Below are positions 50,201 to 63,168 of a stretch of 64,000 nucleotides of DNA, piece by piece. The number at the start of each line of letters is the position of its first letter. Positions within the stretch are counted from its first letter, which is position 1. Position numbers and translations under genes: made by a program. Origin of the DNA: Macrostomum hystrix (taxonomy: Eukaryota; Animalia; Platyhelminthes); the NCBI GenBank assembly GCA_950097015.1, contig CATNEN010000001.1, forward strand, positions 6,944,001 to 7,008,000. Direction: 5' to 3'. The notes under the pieces are model-generated. The model was given only the letters and a program-made list of their open reading frames with translations. It had not been told where the DNA came from and ran no database searches.

Positions 50201-52273
50201 ATCATGTGACACACATACTGTGTGAGCAGCAGATCATGTGACACACTGTGTGAGCAGCAGATCATGTGACATACTGTGTGAGCAGCAGATCATGTGACAC
50301 ACTGTGTGAGCAGCAGATCATGTGACACACATACTGTGTGAGCAGCAGATCATGTGACACACACACTATGTGAGCAGCAGATCATGTGACACACATACTG
50401 TGTGAGCAGCAGATCACGTGACACACATACTGTGTGAGAAGCATATTATGTGACACACACACTATGTGAGCAGCAGATCATGTGACACACATACTGTGTG
50501 AGCAGCAGATCATGTGACACACTGTGTGAGCAGCAGATCATGTGACACACTGTGTGTGCAGAAGATCGTGTGACACACACACTATGTGTGCAGCAGATCA
50601 TGTGACACACATACTGTGTGAGCAGCAGATCATGTGACACACTGTGTGAGCAGCAGATCATGTGACATACTGTGTGAGCAGCAGATCATGTGACACACTG
50701 TGTGAGCAGCAGATCATGTGACATACTGTGTGAGCAGCAGATCGTGTGACACACAATGTGTTTGTGCAAAAGTTGGTGCTAAATTTTTTTTGTACTAAGT
50801 CTTACCTACTACCAGAACGGTTGCTAAACAGAACAAGAAGATGGACAAAAGCTTTGCCATGGATTAAACGCGCAAGTTTTGGCAACTCAATAGCTCTCTA
50901 ATAATCTGCTGGCGCTAGAAGCAGTCAATTTAAATGCGCCTGGGTTGCCATGCAGTTTTTATCTGTGAGCTGAGCACAGCTTATTTGTCGATGATTTACA
51001 ATTTGAGATAATTTTATTTTGCAAATTGCAATAACAGCGTTGAGCACATAGGCTAGACATCGTATTCAATTAACGTCATCGTTTGGTGCCTAGAAGGCCT
51101 TGAAATTGCTTTTTTATGGGAAATAACTTTTTGGCTTAATAAGCACCAGAAAAGGCTTTGAAATTATAACTGTCATGAGGTGGGACAGGGTTCTTTAATT
51201 GGAGTCCGGGCTCCTACAGCTTATCATGCTATAGGGTTCATTTGCTTTTTCTGATTATTTCGTGACGATCGCTATACGATCGTATAAACTAGAATTTCAT
51301 TAAAATGGAATTAGCAGATCATGTGAAACACACACACTGTGTGAGCAGCAGATCATCTATCACGCACTGTGTGAGCAGCAGATCGTATGATACACACACT
51401 GTGTGAGCAGCAGATCATGTGACACACACACACTGTGTGAGCAGCAGATCATCTATCACGCACTGTGTGAGCAGCAGATCGTATGATACACACACTGTGT
51501 GAGCAGCAGATCATGTGACACACACACACTGTGTGAGCAGCAGATCATCTATCACGCACTGTGTGAGCAGCAGATCATCTATCACGCACTGTGCGAGCAG
51601 CAGATCGTATGATACACACACTGTGTGAGCAGCAGATCATGTGACACACACACACTGTGTGAGCAGCAGATCATCTATCACGCACTGTGTGAGCAGCAGA
51701 TCGTATGATACACACACTGTGTGAGCAGCAGATCATGTGACACACACACACTGTGTGAGCAGCAGATCATCTATCACGCACTGTGTGAGCAGCAGATCAT
51801 CTATCACGCACTGTGCGAGCAGCAGATCGTATGATACACACACTGTGTGAGCAGCAGATCGTATGATACACACACTGTGTGAGCAGCAGATCATGTGACA
51901 CACACAGTGTGAGCAGCAGATCATCTATCACGCACTGTGTAAGCAGCAGATCGTATGATACACACACTGTGTGAGCAGCAGATCATGTGACACACAGTGT
52001 GAGTGTGAGCAGCAGATCATCTGACACACAGTGTGAGTGTGAGCAGCAGATCATCTGACACACTGTGTGAGCAGCAGATCATGTGACACACAGTGTGAGC
52101 AGCAAATCATTTGACACACACGAGCATTAACGCCACAAAAAGGACACTGGATTTTGAAATTGCGCAAATATTTTGATCGCTGATGTTATAAACATAATTT
52201 CTCAATCTACAATGCACAGGTTTTACTTACCAAACGCTGCAGCCATTGCTATGACCAAGAATGTTGAAGCCAT
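47213..52273 (-). CDS. Secreted PAN/apple-like plus ALK/LTK-like glycine-rich domain protein, 405 aa (exons 52273-52231, 49416-49069, 48998-48678, 47718-47213)
   Basis: All three introns are GT-AG phase 1. Signal peptide MASTFLVIAMAAAFV; PAN-like SLQECSLLCLLRDCAAFSWNLMSGLCQ; GR-domain motifs FVNTSTGRLG, TGCYRIEVSGAKGG, LTIVVGQAG, GGGGGSFV, LMAAGGGGG, GGFGGGGG, HGSVELQL. No TM segment or kinase. Confidence 0.85.
48020..48309 (+). mobile_element. Full-length tRNA-derived SINE family B with a 16-bp TSD
   Basis: tRNA-like head. Flanked by ttttggccatagactt at 48004-48019 and 48310-48325. Confidence 0.88.
49434..50760. repeat. ~29-35-bp minisatellite (tgtgtgagcagcagatcatgtgacacacacac)n
   Basis: About 40 copies in intron 1 of the PAN-GR gene, ending next to the acceptor. 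Confidence 0.97.
51312..52122. repeat. Second block of the same minisatellite family with distinct variants
   Basis: gagcagcagatc core with atctatcacgc and gtatgatac variants. Confidence 0.96.
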
Positions 52274-53765
52274 ATTGTCTAGGTGAAAGTACAACCTTCT
52301 CTTCTCTGATGGCCAGCAGATAAAATATTTATAATTTAGCCTTAACCCAGATTGTCACTTAATGACACTTACCTGAGCATAGTTTTAGTCGTGCACCTGT
52401 CACATGAGCCTTGATTGATAACCAAACGGCGCTCTTTGTTGAATGTCGAAACGTCTGAAGAGTTTCCTCGGCTGGGTAGATAAGGTGGCTTACTAGCTGC
52501 AGGGCAAGAGTAAACATATAAATTATATGTTTTCTGGCCGCGGATTTGCGAGTCCTAATCGATTCAAACTCAGACAAAAAAGCGAGTGAGATGGACACAT
52601 TTGTAGAAAGTGAAGCGAAGTGTCTGATGGAGATGCTGTCAGCTGCGTGGTCTAGTAAAAATGACTTGACTTTCATTTGCGCCAAAACCAATCTATTTTG
52701 GCCATTGGCTAGCATCATAGATTTTGTACAAGCACATAACAACCTACTTGTATCATTATTAAAAAGTTATTTCACTGTGTTTTAAATGCTATAATGTAAC
52801 CAGCGACCAAATGCTTCGATTCGATTGAGAAGTGCATAATAATCGAGATCAGCTTTAACGATCTAATAAGTTGGTTGGGAAAATCTCAGTTGGATTCCGA
52901 GTTGCGGGGGGATGGTGACGTCGCAATCTTCTTATTCAGGTAATTAACGAAAACCTTAAAAATCGAGCTCAAGCTATATATTCCAACAAGTCATCGACAA
53001 CAAGTGGTCCTTCATATAATCACCACCTCGAATAGCGGAGAATTTTTTCAATAAAATTTTCAAAACAGGTAAGCAGGTTGGTAATACCACTATCAGCACA
53101 TGTTCTTGACGCAAAATTTAGTATGCACTTTATCCAAGTTCTTATTTAGTTAAAATGTCACCGGTAAATCGTATACTTTACTACTTTAACAAACGAAACT
53201 ATATTTCAATGATTATTCTCTAAAAATACTTGCTTAGGCTTGATAAATTTTGCCATAGCACTTGAAAAACATTTTTTTGATTCGACACTTGAGGGCACGA
53301 ATATAGGGATTTGATCTAGTTTAAGATAGCAAACTAGTAGAAATGCAAAAAACAGCTCTCTAGATTCGTGTGCTTTTTAAACTTAAGTAGACTCTAAGTC
53401 GAGTTGAGTTCACATAGAAGTTCCGTTAAAAAAAGATTTTCTTATTAGTCAACTTGTTTCTTGATTTCAAATCCTGCATGAAAACCTCATGATTTTTTAT
53501 TTCATAAATTTTGGTTCTATTTTAAACTCAACTGCTGATTGACAATAGTATTACTTTGCATTGTATTACAATTCGAATTGAATTTTTTTAGAGTTTCTGA
53601 TAGATTTAAAATGTATCTTAAATTGAATACAGCTTAATTCCACACTTAGACCAATTATACTTCTCCATAATTTTCCTTTTAGTTGGAGGGTTATTATTCA
53701 TTACTGTTGATTTGATGCTTTCTGACATCTAAATTATCTAATTTAGGTTAGATTTTCAAAGCGAA

Positions 53766-56700
53766 ATGGTAAGTGATATTATCTTACATCTTCTAATTTA
53801 TAATGATCCTACAACAATTTTTTTAAATTTACTTTTGCGCAACCTTTTTGGTGACTGTTTAATAAAACCATTTATGCAACTTTATGCAACTAATTTATGA
53901 AACTCATTTATAGAAGCTTCAAGATGGCAGCTCAAAGCAATGTGGTATAGAATAAAATGAAAATATCTACAATGACAGTAGATATATCTATTATCAGTTG
54001 ATGCAGGATTAAAAAATCTTAATATATATAGTTCTCAAATAAAATAACAACCACTGCATATTAGAAACTATAGTAGTGTTGTAGGCCCAGCTTCTTAATA
54101 AATGACTTTATCCCAATGTTGTCACCAAAGTTGTCCTAGGGTTAAATGCTATTCTAACTTTATTTTCACAATGCCACCAAAGTTGTTATTTCTATTTTTT
54201 CTTTTATATCCTACAAAAGTTGTTTACAAAACTATTTTAATGTAATTTCCAAGTAAGTTCAATAGTTTCTTAGAATTGTTCTCTGAGAATGTATTTTATA
54301 TATTTAAAATAATCTCTTGGTATGGTATTTAGTTATTCTGGCCAATTACTTTATAGTATGTATGTATTTCTGAGTATGGGCTTTGATCTCAATTGTACAG
54401 CAATACTTTCTACTTTTCTCTCTTGAATTTTCTTTGTATTCATCTCTATGTTTTATAAAGAATGAAAGAACACTTCTGAGTATTGTATACAAAGTTTGTA
54501 TAAAACCACAAGTTAATTTCTTTTGCTAAAGTCAGCTGTATTTTACAGTATTTATACTTACGGTGTAATAAAAATGGTGGAAACAATTGAGCAAAGTATT
54601 TTAATAGAAATTTCAGATTCAGTTTCTACATCCTAATCTCAAATATTAATCATAGGACACACTCAGATAAACAAAACAGTGCAAAATTAGTATATAGACA
54701 ACTTAATGTCTATCTCAATGCACATTCATGTTCATTCATGTTTTTATGTATATACTTTAAAAAAGCAAATTATATAATGTCTAAATGATAGAACTTTTAC
54801 CTTTAATTTATTCATTTTGTGGAAGAATAATTCAAGGTTTTATTATTTTAACTGTTTTAAATGGTTAATTCATTTCATGATAATTTTTTACTTTTTTAAC
54901 AGAGTTTTTTCGGCCTAGTTGGACAAGTGGCAGACATTGAAATAGTACTGGATGCCCAAGAGAGTCGAAAGACTGCAGAACTCAAATTGGAAGATGGCAA
55001 AAAGGAACGATTGCCATTGTACTTTGATGGCGAGAGCGTCTCTGGCAAAGTCAACATCCTAATTAAGAAGTCTGGCACAAAGCTGGAGCATCAGGGTATC
55101 AAAATTGAATTTGTTGGTCAAATAGGTGAGTTTATCTTAATAATAGTTAGATTTAGTGCTTCCACTGTATATGTAAATTAATAATTCGCTGATCACTCTG
55201 CAGACCTGTACTTTGATCGCGGCAATCGGCACGAGTTTATCTCCATGGTTCGCGAGCTGGCGCGTCCCAGCTTGCTCAGCCAGGCAGCCAGCTATGGCTT
55301 TGAGTTTGTCAATGTTGAGAAGCCCTACGAGAGCTACTCAGGTGCCAATGTGAGACTCAGGTGAGAATTCTTATTCAGGTTGAACACTGAAACCCAAGAC
55401 AAGCATAATCCAAGACCTCAAGCCTACAACCTGAACATCAAGCTTGTAACCCTGAACCCCAACCCTATACCCCTGAACCCCAAGTCTATAACCTTAAACC
55501 CCAAACTCTGAACCTAAGTCTTTACCCCTGAACCCCAAGTCTATAACCTTAAACCCCAAACTCTGAACCTAAGTCTTTACCCCTGAACCCCAAGTCTAAA
55601 ACCCTGAACCCCAATTTAAAACCCTTAAACCCCAAGCCTATAACCCTGAACCCTAAGCCTATAACCCTGAATCCCAAGCCTATAAACCTGAACCCCAAGC
55701 CTTCAGACCTGAAACCCAAGCCTTCAGACCTGAACGCCAAGCCTTCAGACCTGAATGCCAAGCCTTCAGACCTGAACCCCAAGCCTATAAACCTGAACCC
55801 CAAGCCTATAAACCTGAACTCCAAGCCTATAAACCTGAACCCCAAGCCTATAAACCTGAACCCCAAGCCTATAAACCTGAACTCCAAGCCTATAAACCTG
55901 AACTCCAAGCCTATAAACCTGAACTCCAAGCCTATAAACCTGAACCCCAAGCCTATAAACCTGAACTCCAAGCCTATAAACCTGAACCCCAAGCCTATAA
56001 ACCTGAACTCCAAGCCTATAAACCTGAACCCCAAGCCTATAAACCTGAACCCCAAGCCTATAAACCTGAACTCCAAGCCTATAAACCTGAACCCCAAGCC
56101 TATAAACCTGAACCCCAAGCCTATAAACCTGAACTCCAAGCCTATAAACCTGAACTCCAAGCCTATAAACCTGAACCCCAAGCCTATAAACCTGAACTCC
56201 AAGCCTATAAACCTGAACCCCAAGCCTATAAACCTGAACCCCAAGCCTATAAACCTGAACCCCAAGCCTTCAGACCTGAACCCCAAGCCTATAAACCTGA
56301 ACCCCAAGCCTATAAACCTGAACTCCAAGCCTATAAACCTGAACCCCAAGCCTATAAACCTGAACCCCAAGCCTATAAACCTGAACCCCAAGCCTTCAGA
56401 CCTGAACCCCAAGCCTACAGCCCGGAACCCAAAATCGAAAATATCTAAAGTTCTCGCATAAAAACTTTCCTCGCAGATACTACTTGCGCGTGACAGTAGT
56501 AAAACGACTAAGCGACCTAGTCAAAGAGCAGGATATCTGCGTGCATACAATGGCTCAGTATCCGGATCTAAACAGCAGCATCAAAATGGAGGTTGGCATC
56601 GAGGACTGCCTGCACATTGAATTCGAATACAACAAATCCAAGTATCATCTGAAGGACGTCATAGTGGGCAAAATTTTCTTCTTATTGGTTAGAATTAAAA

Positions 56701-58387
56701 TCCGTCACATGGAGGTGCAAATTATTCGCCGCGAGTTGGCAGGCGCCGGGCCGGCTGCTTTGAACGAAAGTGAAACTTTGGCCAAATTCGAAATCATGGA
56801 CGGCGCCCCGGTTCGAGGCGAGTCGATTCCAATCAGATTGTTTCTGAGCGGCTACGATTTGACGCCTTCTATGCGCGATGTAAATAAGAAATTCTCCGTC
56901 AAATACTACCTCAACCTGGTCCTGGTGGACGAGGAGGACAGGCGATATTTTAAGCAGCAGGTAAAATTTCGACTTGCTCAGGTAGATTGGTATTTGGGAA
57001 GGTAGATTGGGATTTGTGGATGTAGATTGGGATTTGTGGAGGTAGATTGGGATTTGTGCTGGTAGATTGGGATTTGTGGAGGTAGATTGGGATTTGTGCT
57101 GGTAGATTGGGATTTGTAGAGGTAGATTGGGATTTGTAGAGGTAGATTAGGATTTGGGGAGGTAGATTGGGATTTGTAGAGGTAGATTGGGATTTGTGGA
57201 GGTAGATTGGGATTTGTAGAGGTAGATTGGGATTTGTGCTGGTAGATTGGGATTTGTGCTGGTAGATTGGGATTTGTGCTGGTAGATTGGGATTTGTGCT
57301 GGTAGATTGGGATTTGTGCTGGTAGATTGGGATTTGTGCTGGTAGATTGGGATTTGTGGAGTTAGATTCGGGTTTGTGCTGGTAGATTGGGATTTGTAGG
57401 GGTAGATTGGGATTTGTGCTGGTAGATTGGGATTTGTGCTGGTAGATTGGGATTTGTGGAGGTAGATTGGGATTTGTGGAGTTAGATTGGGGTTTGTGGA
57501 GGTAGATTGGGATTTGTAGACGTAGATTGGGATTTGTGCTGGTAGATTGAGAATTGTGCTGGTAGATTGGGATTTGTGGAGGTAGATTGGGATTTGTAGA
57601 CGTAGATTGGGATTTGTGCTGGTAGATTGGGATTTGTGCTGGTAGATTAGGATTTGGTGGGGTAGATTAGGATTTGGTGGGGTAGATTAGGATTTGGTGG
57701 GGTAGATTAGGATTTGGTGGGGTAGATTGGGATTTGGTGAGGTAGATTGGGATTTGTGCTGGTAGATTGGGATTTGTGAAGTTAGATTGGGGTTTGTGCT
57801 GGTAGATTAGGATTTTTGGAGGTAGATTTGAAAATGTTGTTCTTATTTAGACAAAGGGAAGATTTCGGGACAGAAATGGAAATAAATTTACTTTATGGAG
57901 AGTGGAAGGTGATTTGAAGAGAATGTTGCACAGATAATAATTTATAGAGACTATAGAATCTTTGAGGGATTGAAAAGTGCGAAGGGATAGGTTTTTTCCA
58001 TGCACTTGAGGGACATTGCGAATCGTCAAACTACTCAGTTGGGCTCAACACTCTGACCGGTTACTCACCTTGTCACAGGAGGTAACTCTGTTTCGCAAAG
58101 CCGAGAAACGTCGAAGGATAATCGCCAACAGCTACATCGAACAGGCGATCTTTCATCACAGAACTGCCCAGTTTGGTCAGCAGCAGCAGCAGCAGCAGCA
58201 GACGCCTCCCTTGTTATCGCCAGACGAGGCAGCCGCTGCGGCTATCGATCAGCGTCCGGTGGAAGACAGTCCCGAGCTCGAATCCGGATCGACCCACGTC
58301 TCGCCAGCGATGCAGACGCAGTCAACAATGACTGCTGGAATGTGCAAGGATGTACTTGGCGAGGATGAAGACGATGAAGACTATTGA
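53766..58387 (+). CDS. VPS26: Retromer subunit VPS26, 391 aa (exons 53766-53768, 54903-55125, 55204-55360, 56477-56960, 58079-58387)
   Basis: M|SFFG...[14 protein letters not shown]...[110 protein letters not shown]. All splice phases are compatible (1176 nt in total). Confidence 0.96.
55440..56432. repeat. 21-bp minisatellite (cctgaaccccaagcctataaa)n in a VPS26 intron
   Basis: About 45 copies, degenerate at the left edge. Confidence 0.97.
56981..57830. repeat. 20-bp minisatellite (ggtagattgggatttgtgct)n in a VPS26 intron
   Basis: About 42 copies, starting 20 nt after the donor. Confidence 0.97.
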
Positions 58388-58420
58388 TGACCTATTTGAA
58401 TATTGATTCTAAAAAAATAG

Positions 58421-59405
58421 ATCTCAATCCCAACTTCTGGCATCTGAATCCCAACTTCTGGCATCTGAATCCCAACTTCTGACATCTGAATCCCAACTTC
58501 TGGCATCTGAATCCCAACTTCTGGCATCTGAATCCCAACTTCTGACATCTGAATCCCAACTTCTGGCATCTGAATCCTAACTTCTGGCATCTGAATCCCA
58601 ACTTCTGGCATCTGAATCCCAACTTCTTGCATCTGAATCCCAACTTCTGGCATCTGAATCCCAACTTCTGGCATCTGAATCCCAACTTCTGGCATCTGAA
58701 TCTCAACTTCTGGCATCTGAATCCCAACTTCTGACATCTGAATCCCAACTTCTGGCATCTGAATCTCAACTTCTGACATCTGAATCCCAACTTCAGACAT
58801 CTGAATCCCAACTTCTGGCATCTGAATCCCAACTTCTGGCATCTGAATCCCAACTTCTGGCATCTGAATCCCAACTTCTGACATCTGAATCCCAACTTCT
58901 GGCATCTGAATCCCAACTTCTGGCATCTGAATCCCAACTTCTGGCATCTGAATCCCAACTTCTGGCATCTGAATCCCAACTTCTGGCATCTGAATCCCAA
59001 CTTCTGGCATCTGAATCTCAACTTCTGGCATCTGAATCCCAACTTCTGGCATCTGAATCCCAACTTCTGGCATCTGAATCCCAACTTCTGGCATCTGAAT
59101 CCCAACTTCTGGCATCTGAATCCCAACTTCTGACATCTGAATCCCAACTTCTGGCATCTGAATCTCAACTTCTGACATCTGAATCCCAACTTCTGACATC
59201 TGAATCCCAACTTCTGGCATCTGAATCCCAACTTCTGGCATCTGAATCCCAACTTCTGACATCTGAATCCCAACTTCTGACATCTGAATCCCAACTTCTG
59301 GCATCTGAATCCTAACTTCTAAGAACTAAATCCCAACTTTTAGTAACTGAATCCCAACTTTTTGTAACTGAATCCCAACTTTTAGTAACTGAATCCCAAC
59401 TTCTA
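58421..59405. repeat. 21-bp minisatellite (tctgaatcccaacttctggca)n just after the VPS26 stop
   Basis: About 46 copies. Confidence 0.97.
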
Positions 59406-59921
59406 AGTCTTAACTACGGAAATCCGAATGACATCTTTAATAGAATCCATTTTAGAATTTCCAATTTTACAAATGTAAATCTTATATTTAGATTTATAGA
59501 TTACAGATGAAAAATTTAATATTTAAATATCTATGGAACCAAATGATCATGTTCAAACTTTTAAATGGACTTTTAAAAAATTATATTTACACTTGTCAAA
59601 GTTTTTTTCGAATCACAAAACTTAACTATCTGAATAATGTGTTTCTTGTTCTCAATGCAATTTTTTAACATACATTTATGACTTCCGACAAAAGGCATCA
59701 GTATTTTTATGGTCCCGTAATTGTCTATAATTATCAAAGCAATAAAAAAATTAACTATCTCAAAACTTTGATTTTCCTCTGATTTTTACTTTTTGTTGTT
59801 GTTTGTTTTTGCTGTTTTTTGTCATCTTTTGTCATGTTGGCTGTTGCTTTGTCTCTTGCCTGAACCATTTGTACTTTTTAAACGTAAACAGAAAAATTTA
59901 ACCTTTTAATCTCAATTTTCT

Positions 59922-61185
59922 AATCTCAAATCCTTATCTGTGTGTTTTCAAATCCTTATCTGTGGGATCTCAAATACTTATCTGTGGAATCTCATATACT
60001 TATCTGCGGGATCTTATATCCTTATCTGTGGGATCTTATATCCTTATCTGTGGGATCTCAAATCCTTATCTGTGGGATCTCAAATACTTATCTGTGGGAT
60101 CTCAAATACTTATCTGTGGGATCTCATATACTTATCTGTGGGATCTCAAATCCTTATCTGTGGGATCTCATATCCTTATCTGCGGGATCTCATATCCTTA
60201 TCTGTGGGATCTCATATACTTATCTGCGGGATCTCATATCCTTATCTGTGGGATCTCAAATACTTATCTGTGGGATCTCATATCCTTATCTGTGGGATCT
60301 CAAATACTTATCTGTGGGATCTCAAATACTTATCTGTGGGATCTCATATACTTATCTGTGGGATCTCAAATCCTTATCTGTGGGATCTCATATCCTTATC
60401 TGCGGGATCTCATATCCTTATCTGTGGGATCTCAAATACTTATCTGTGGGATCTCATATCCTTATCTGTGGGATCTCATATATTTATCTGCGGGATCTCA
60501 TATACTTATCTGCGGGATCTCATATCCTTATCTGTGGGATCTCTATCTATTTGCAGGGGGGGCCCGGAGCACTTGTCGTACAAGCGACTGAGCGGCACGC
60601 CCCCAGACCGGCGAACTAGGCGCTTTTGCGCCCATCGGGCCACCTCCCCTGAGCAGGCACCACATACAGCAGCACAGACCAGCCGGGGAGGGCAGGAGGC
60701 ACCCAGAATAGGCAGCAGTGTCCCCCACCCCAGCCACACACGCACAGAGCAGACCAAGCCGGGGCGGAAGGCTGATAAGAAATCAGTCCTCAAGGGGATC
60801 GCGCTGACGGAAGTCCAGAAAGCGCGTTGCGGTGTACACCCGCCCTCCAGCTACCCCCGCGAGGCCTCACGCCCCAGCGCCAACGCACACAACTCACACA
60901 ACGCAGAACAGGCACACAGAAGGTAGGAGCGAAGCTATTATTTCAAGCTTTGATTGCACGAAATATGGTGCACCTCCGCCGGTCGCTACTGTCCAAACCC
61001 CCCAACAAGCCCCGAAATTAATCGTGACTTGAAGGGTGAATCGAACTAGCGTCCTTTGGAGTGCGAGGCAGCGACGTTAGCCGCTGACCCACTCGCCCCT
61101 TATCTGTGGGATCATAAATCCTTATCTGTGGGATCTCAAATACTTATCTCGTAGATCTCAAGTCCTTATATTTAGAATCTCAAAC
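59922..61185. repeat. 22-bp minisatellite (cttatctgtgggatctcaaatc)n interrupted by a SINE
   Basis: About 28 copies left of 60541 and 3-4 copies right of 61100. Confidence 0.95.
60542..61099 (-). mobile_element. ~560-bp tRNA-derived SINE (family C) inserted in the minisatellite
   Basis: Head ggggcgagtgggtcagcggctaacgtcgctgcctcgcac...gttcgattca and an (atag)-like tail. Flanked by ttatctgtgggatc at 60528-60541 and 61100-61113. Confidence 0.8.
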
Positions 61186-61912
61186 TTATAATCTCAGTGC
61201 TAAATGTATCATTCACCGAACTTAATTTTTCCTCAACTTTTTCACATTAAATCGTTGAATAAAGGTTTTTTTTAATTGCATATCGTAAAAAATTAACCGG
61301 AACAGCAGCTTAGATTAGGAATAGGACTAGTTGTTTTCAGAATTATATTTTTTCCTGCCTTTTATTCTCTTTTTTCGCAGATTTTTTTGCTGCAAAATTA
61401 CAATTAAGATAATGATGCTTCCTCTGCTTTTGTCGCATTATTGTTTAATTCTTAAATTCAATCTGAATTCCTAGTTACACAGTAGGTGTTTGCTGCAATA
61501 TAATTTGCACACTTTTTGGAAACATTTAATGGACACGTTTTATGTCTTATACATTAAATACACATATCTACTCGTTGTCTGATTTCAGTAGTGCAATATC
61601 GGCAAGTTTAATAATTTATAAGTCAAGTATAGAGACACGTTGAGAAGAGTGGAGTCGGGTTGAGAATGCCAAGTTGAGTAGGGTTGGGTATATTTTTACT
61701 GCTAATAGGCGAATCAGTAGCCATCATAAGATAAGCTTTTTTCTTTAAAAAATATCATTCTATTTGCCTTTGCAGATTGTGACAGGTTGGTAATTAAATT
61801 CTGCTTCATCTACTAGCCTAAAACTGAGGCTTTGAAACTTTGATAAATGATGATCCGAAACACTCTGAACTAACATGTACATTGCACAAATAGTCCAGTA
61901 CCTACATCAAGT

Positions 61913-63168
61913 CCAGAATCTGCTTTGGTCTCTTCCAGAATATGCTTCTTAAACATTTTCAAAACCTGCTTCCGTCTTATACAGAATCTGCTTCCGAATG
62001 TTCCAGAATATGCTTCCGTCTCTTACAGAATCTGCTTCCGTCTCTTATAGAATCTGCTTCCGAATGTTCCAGAATATGCTTCCGTCTCTTACAGAATCTG
62101 CTTCCGTCTCTTACAGAATCTGCTTCCGTGTCTTCCAGAATCTGCTTCCGTCTCTTACAGAATCTGCTTCCGTGTCTTCCAGAATCTGATTCCGTCTCTT
62201 ACAGAATATGCTTCCGTCTCTTACAGAATATGCTTCCGTCTCTTACAGAATCTGCTTCCGTCTCTTACAGAATATGCTTCCGTCTCTTACAGAATATGCT
62301 TCCGTCTCTTACAGAATATGCTTCCGTCTCTTACAGAATCTGCTTCCGTCTCTTACAGAATATGCTTCCGTCTCTTACAGAATCTGCTTCCGTCTCTTAT
62401 AGAATCTGCTTCCGAATGTTCCAGAATATGCTTCCGTCTCTTACAGAATCGGCTTCCGTCTCTTACAGTATCTGCTTCCGAATGTTCCAGAATATGCTTC
62501 CGTCTCTTACAGAATCGGCTTCCGTCTCTTACAGTATCTGCTTCCGAATGTTCCAGAATATGCTTCCGTCTCTTACAGAATCGGCTTCCGTCTCTTACAG
62601 TATCTGCTTCCGAATGTTCCAGAATATGCTTCCGTCTCTTACAGTATCTGCTTCCGAATGTTCCAGAATATGCTTCCGTCTCTTACAGTATCTGCTTCCG
62701 AATGTTCCAGAATATGCTTCCGTCTCTTACAGTATCTGCTTCCGAATGTTCCAGAATATGCTTCCGTCTCTTACAGTATCTGCTTCTGAATGTTCCAGAA
62801 TCTGCTTCCGTGTCTTACAGAATCTGCTTCCGTCTCTTACAGAATCTGCTTCCGTCTCTTACAGTATCTGCTTCCGTGTCTTACAGAATCTGCTTCCGTC
62901 TCTTACAGAATCTGCTTCCGTGTCTTCCAGAATCTGCTTCCGTCTCTTACAGAATCTGCTTCCGTGTCTTCCAGAATCTGATTCCGTCTCTTACAGAATC
63001 TGCTTCCGTGTCTTACAGAATCTGCTTCCGTCTCTTACAGAATCTGCTTCCGTGTCTTCCAGAATCTGCTTCCGTGTCTTCCAGAATCTGATTCCGTCTC
63101 TTACAGAATCTGCTTCCGTCTCTTACAGAATCTGCTTCCGTGTCTTCCAGAATCTGATTCCGTCTCAT
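61913..63168. repeat. 22-bp minisatellite (agaatctgcttccgtctcttac)n
   Basis: About 55 copies with variant clusters. Confidence 0.97.

Noticed and set aside
49434-52122. CRISPR-like appearance of regular repeats
   Set aside because: No unique spacers and no cas genes; eukaryotic intron context.
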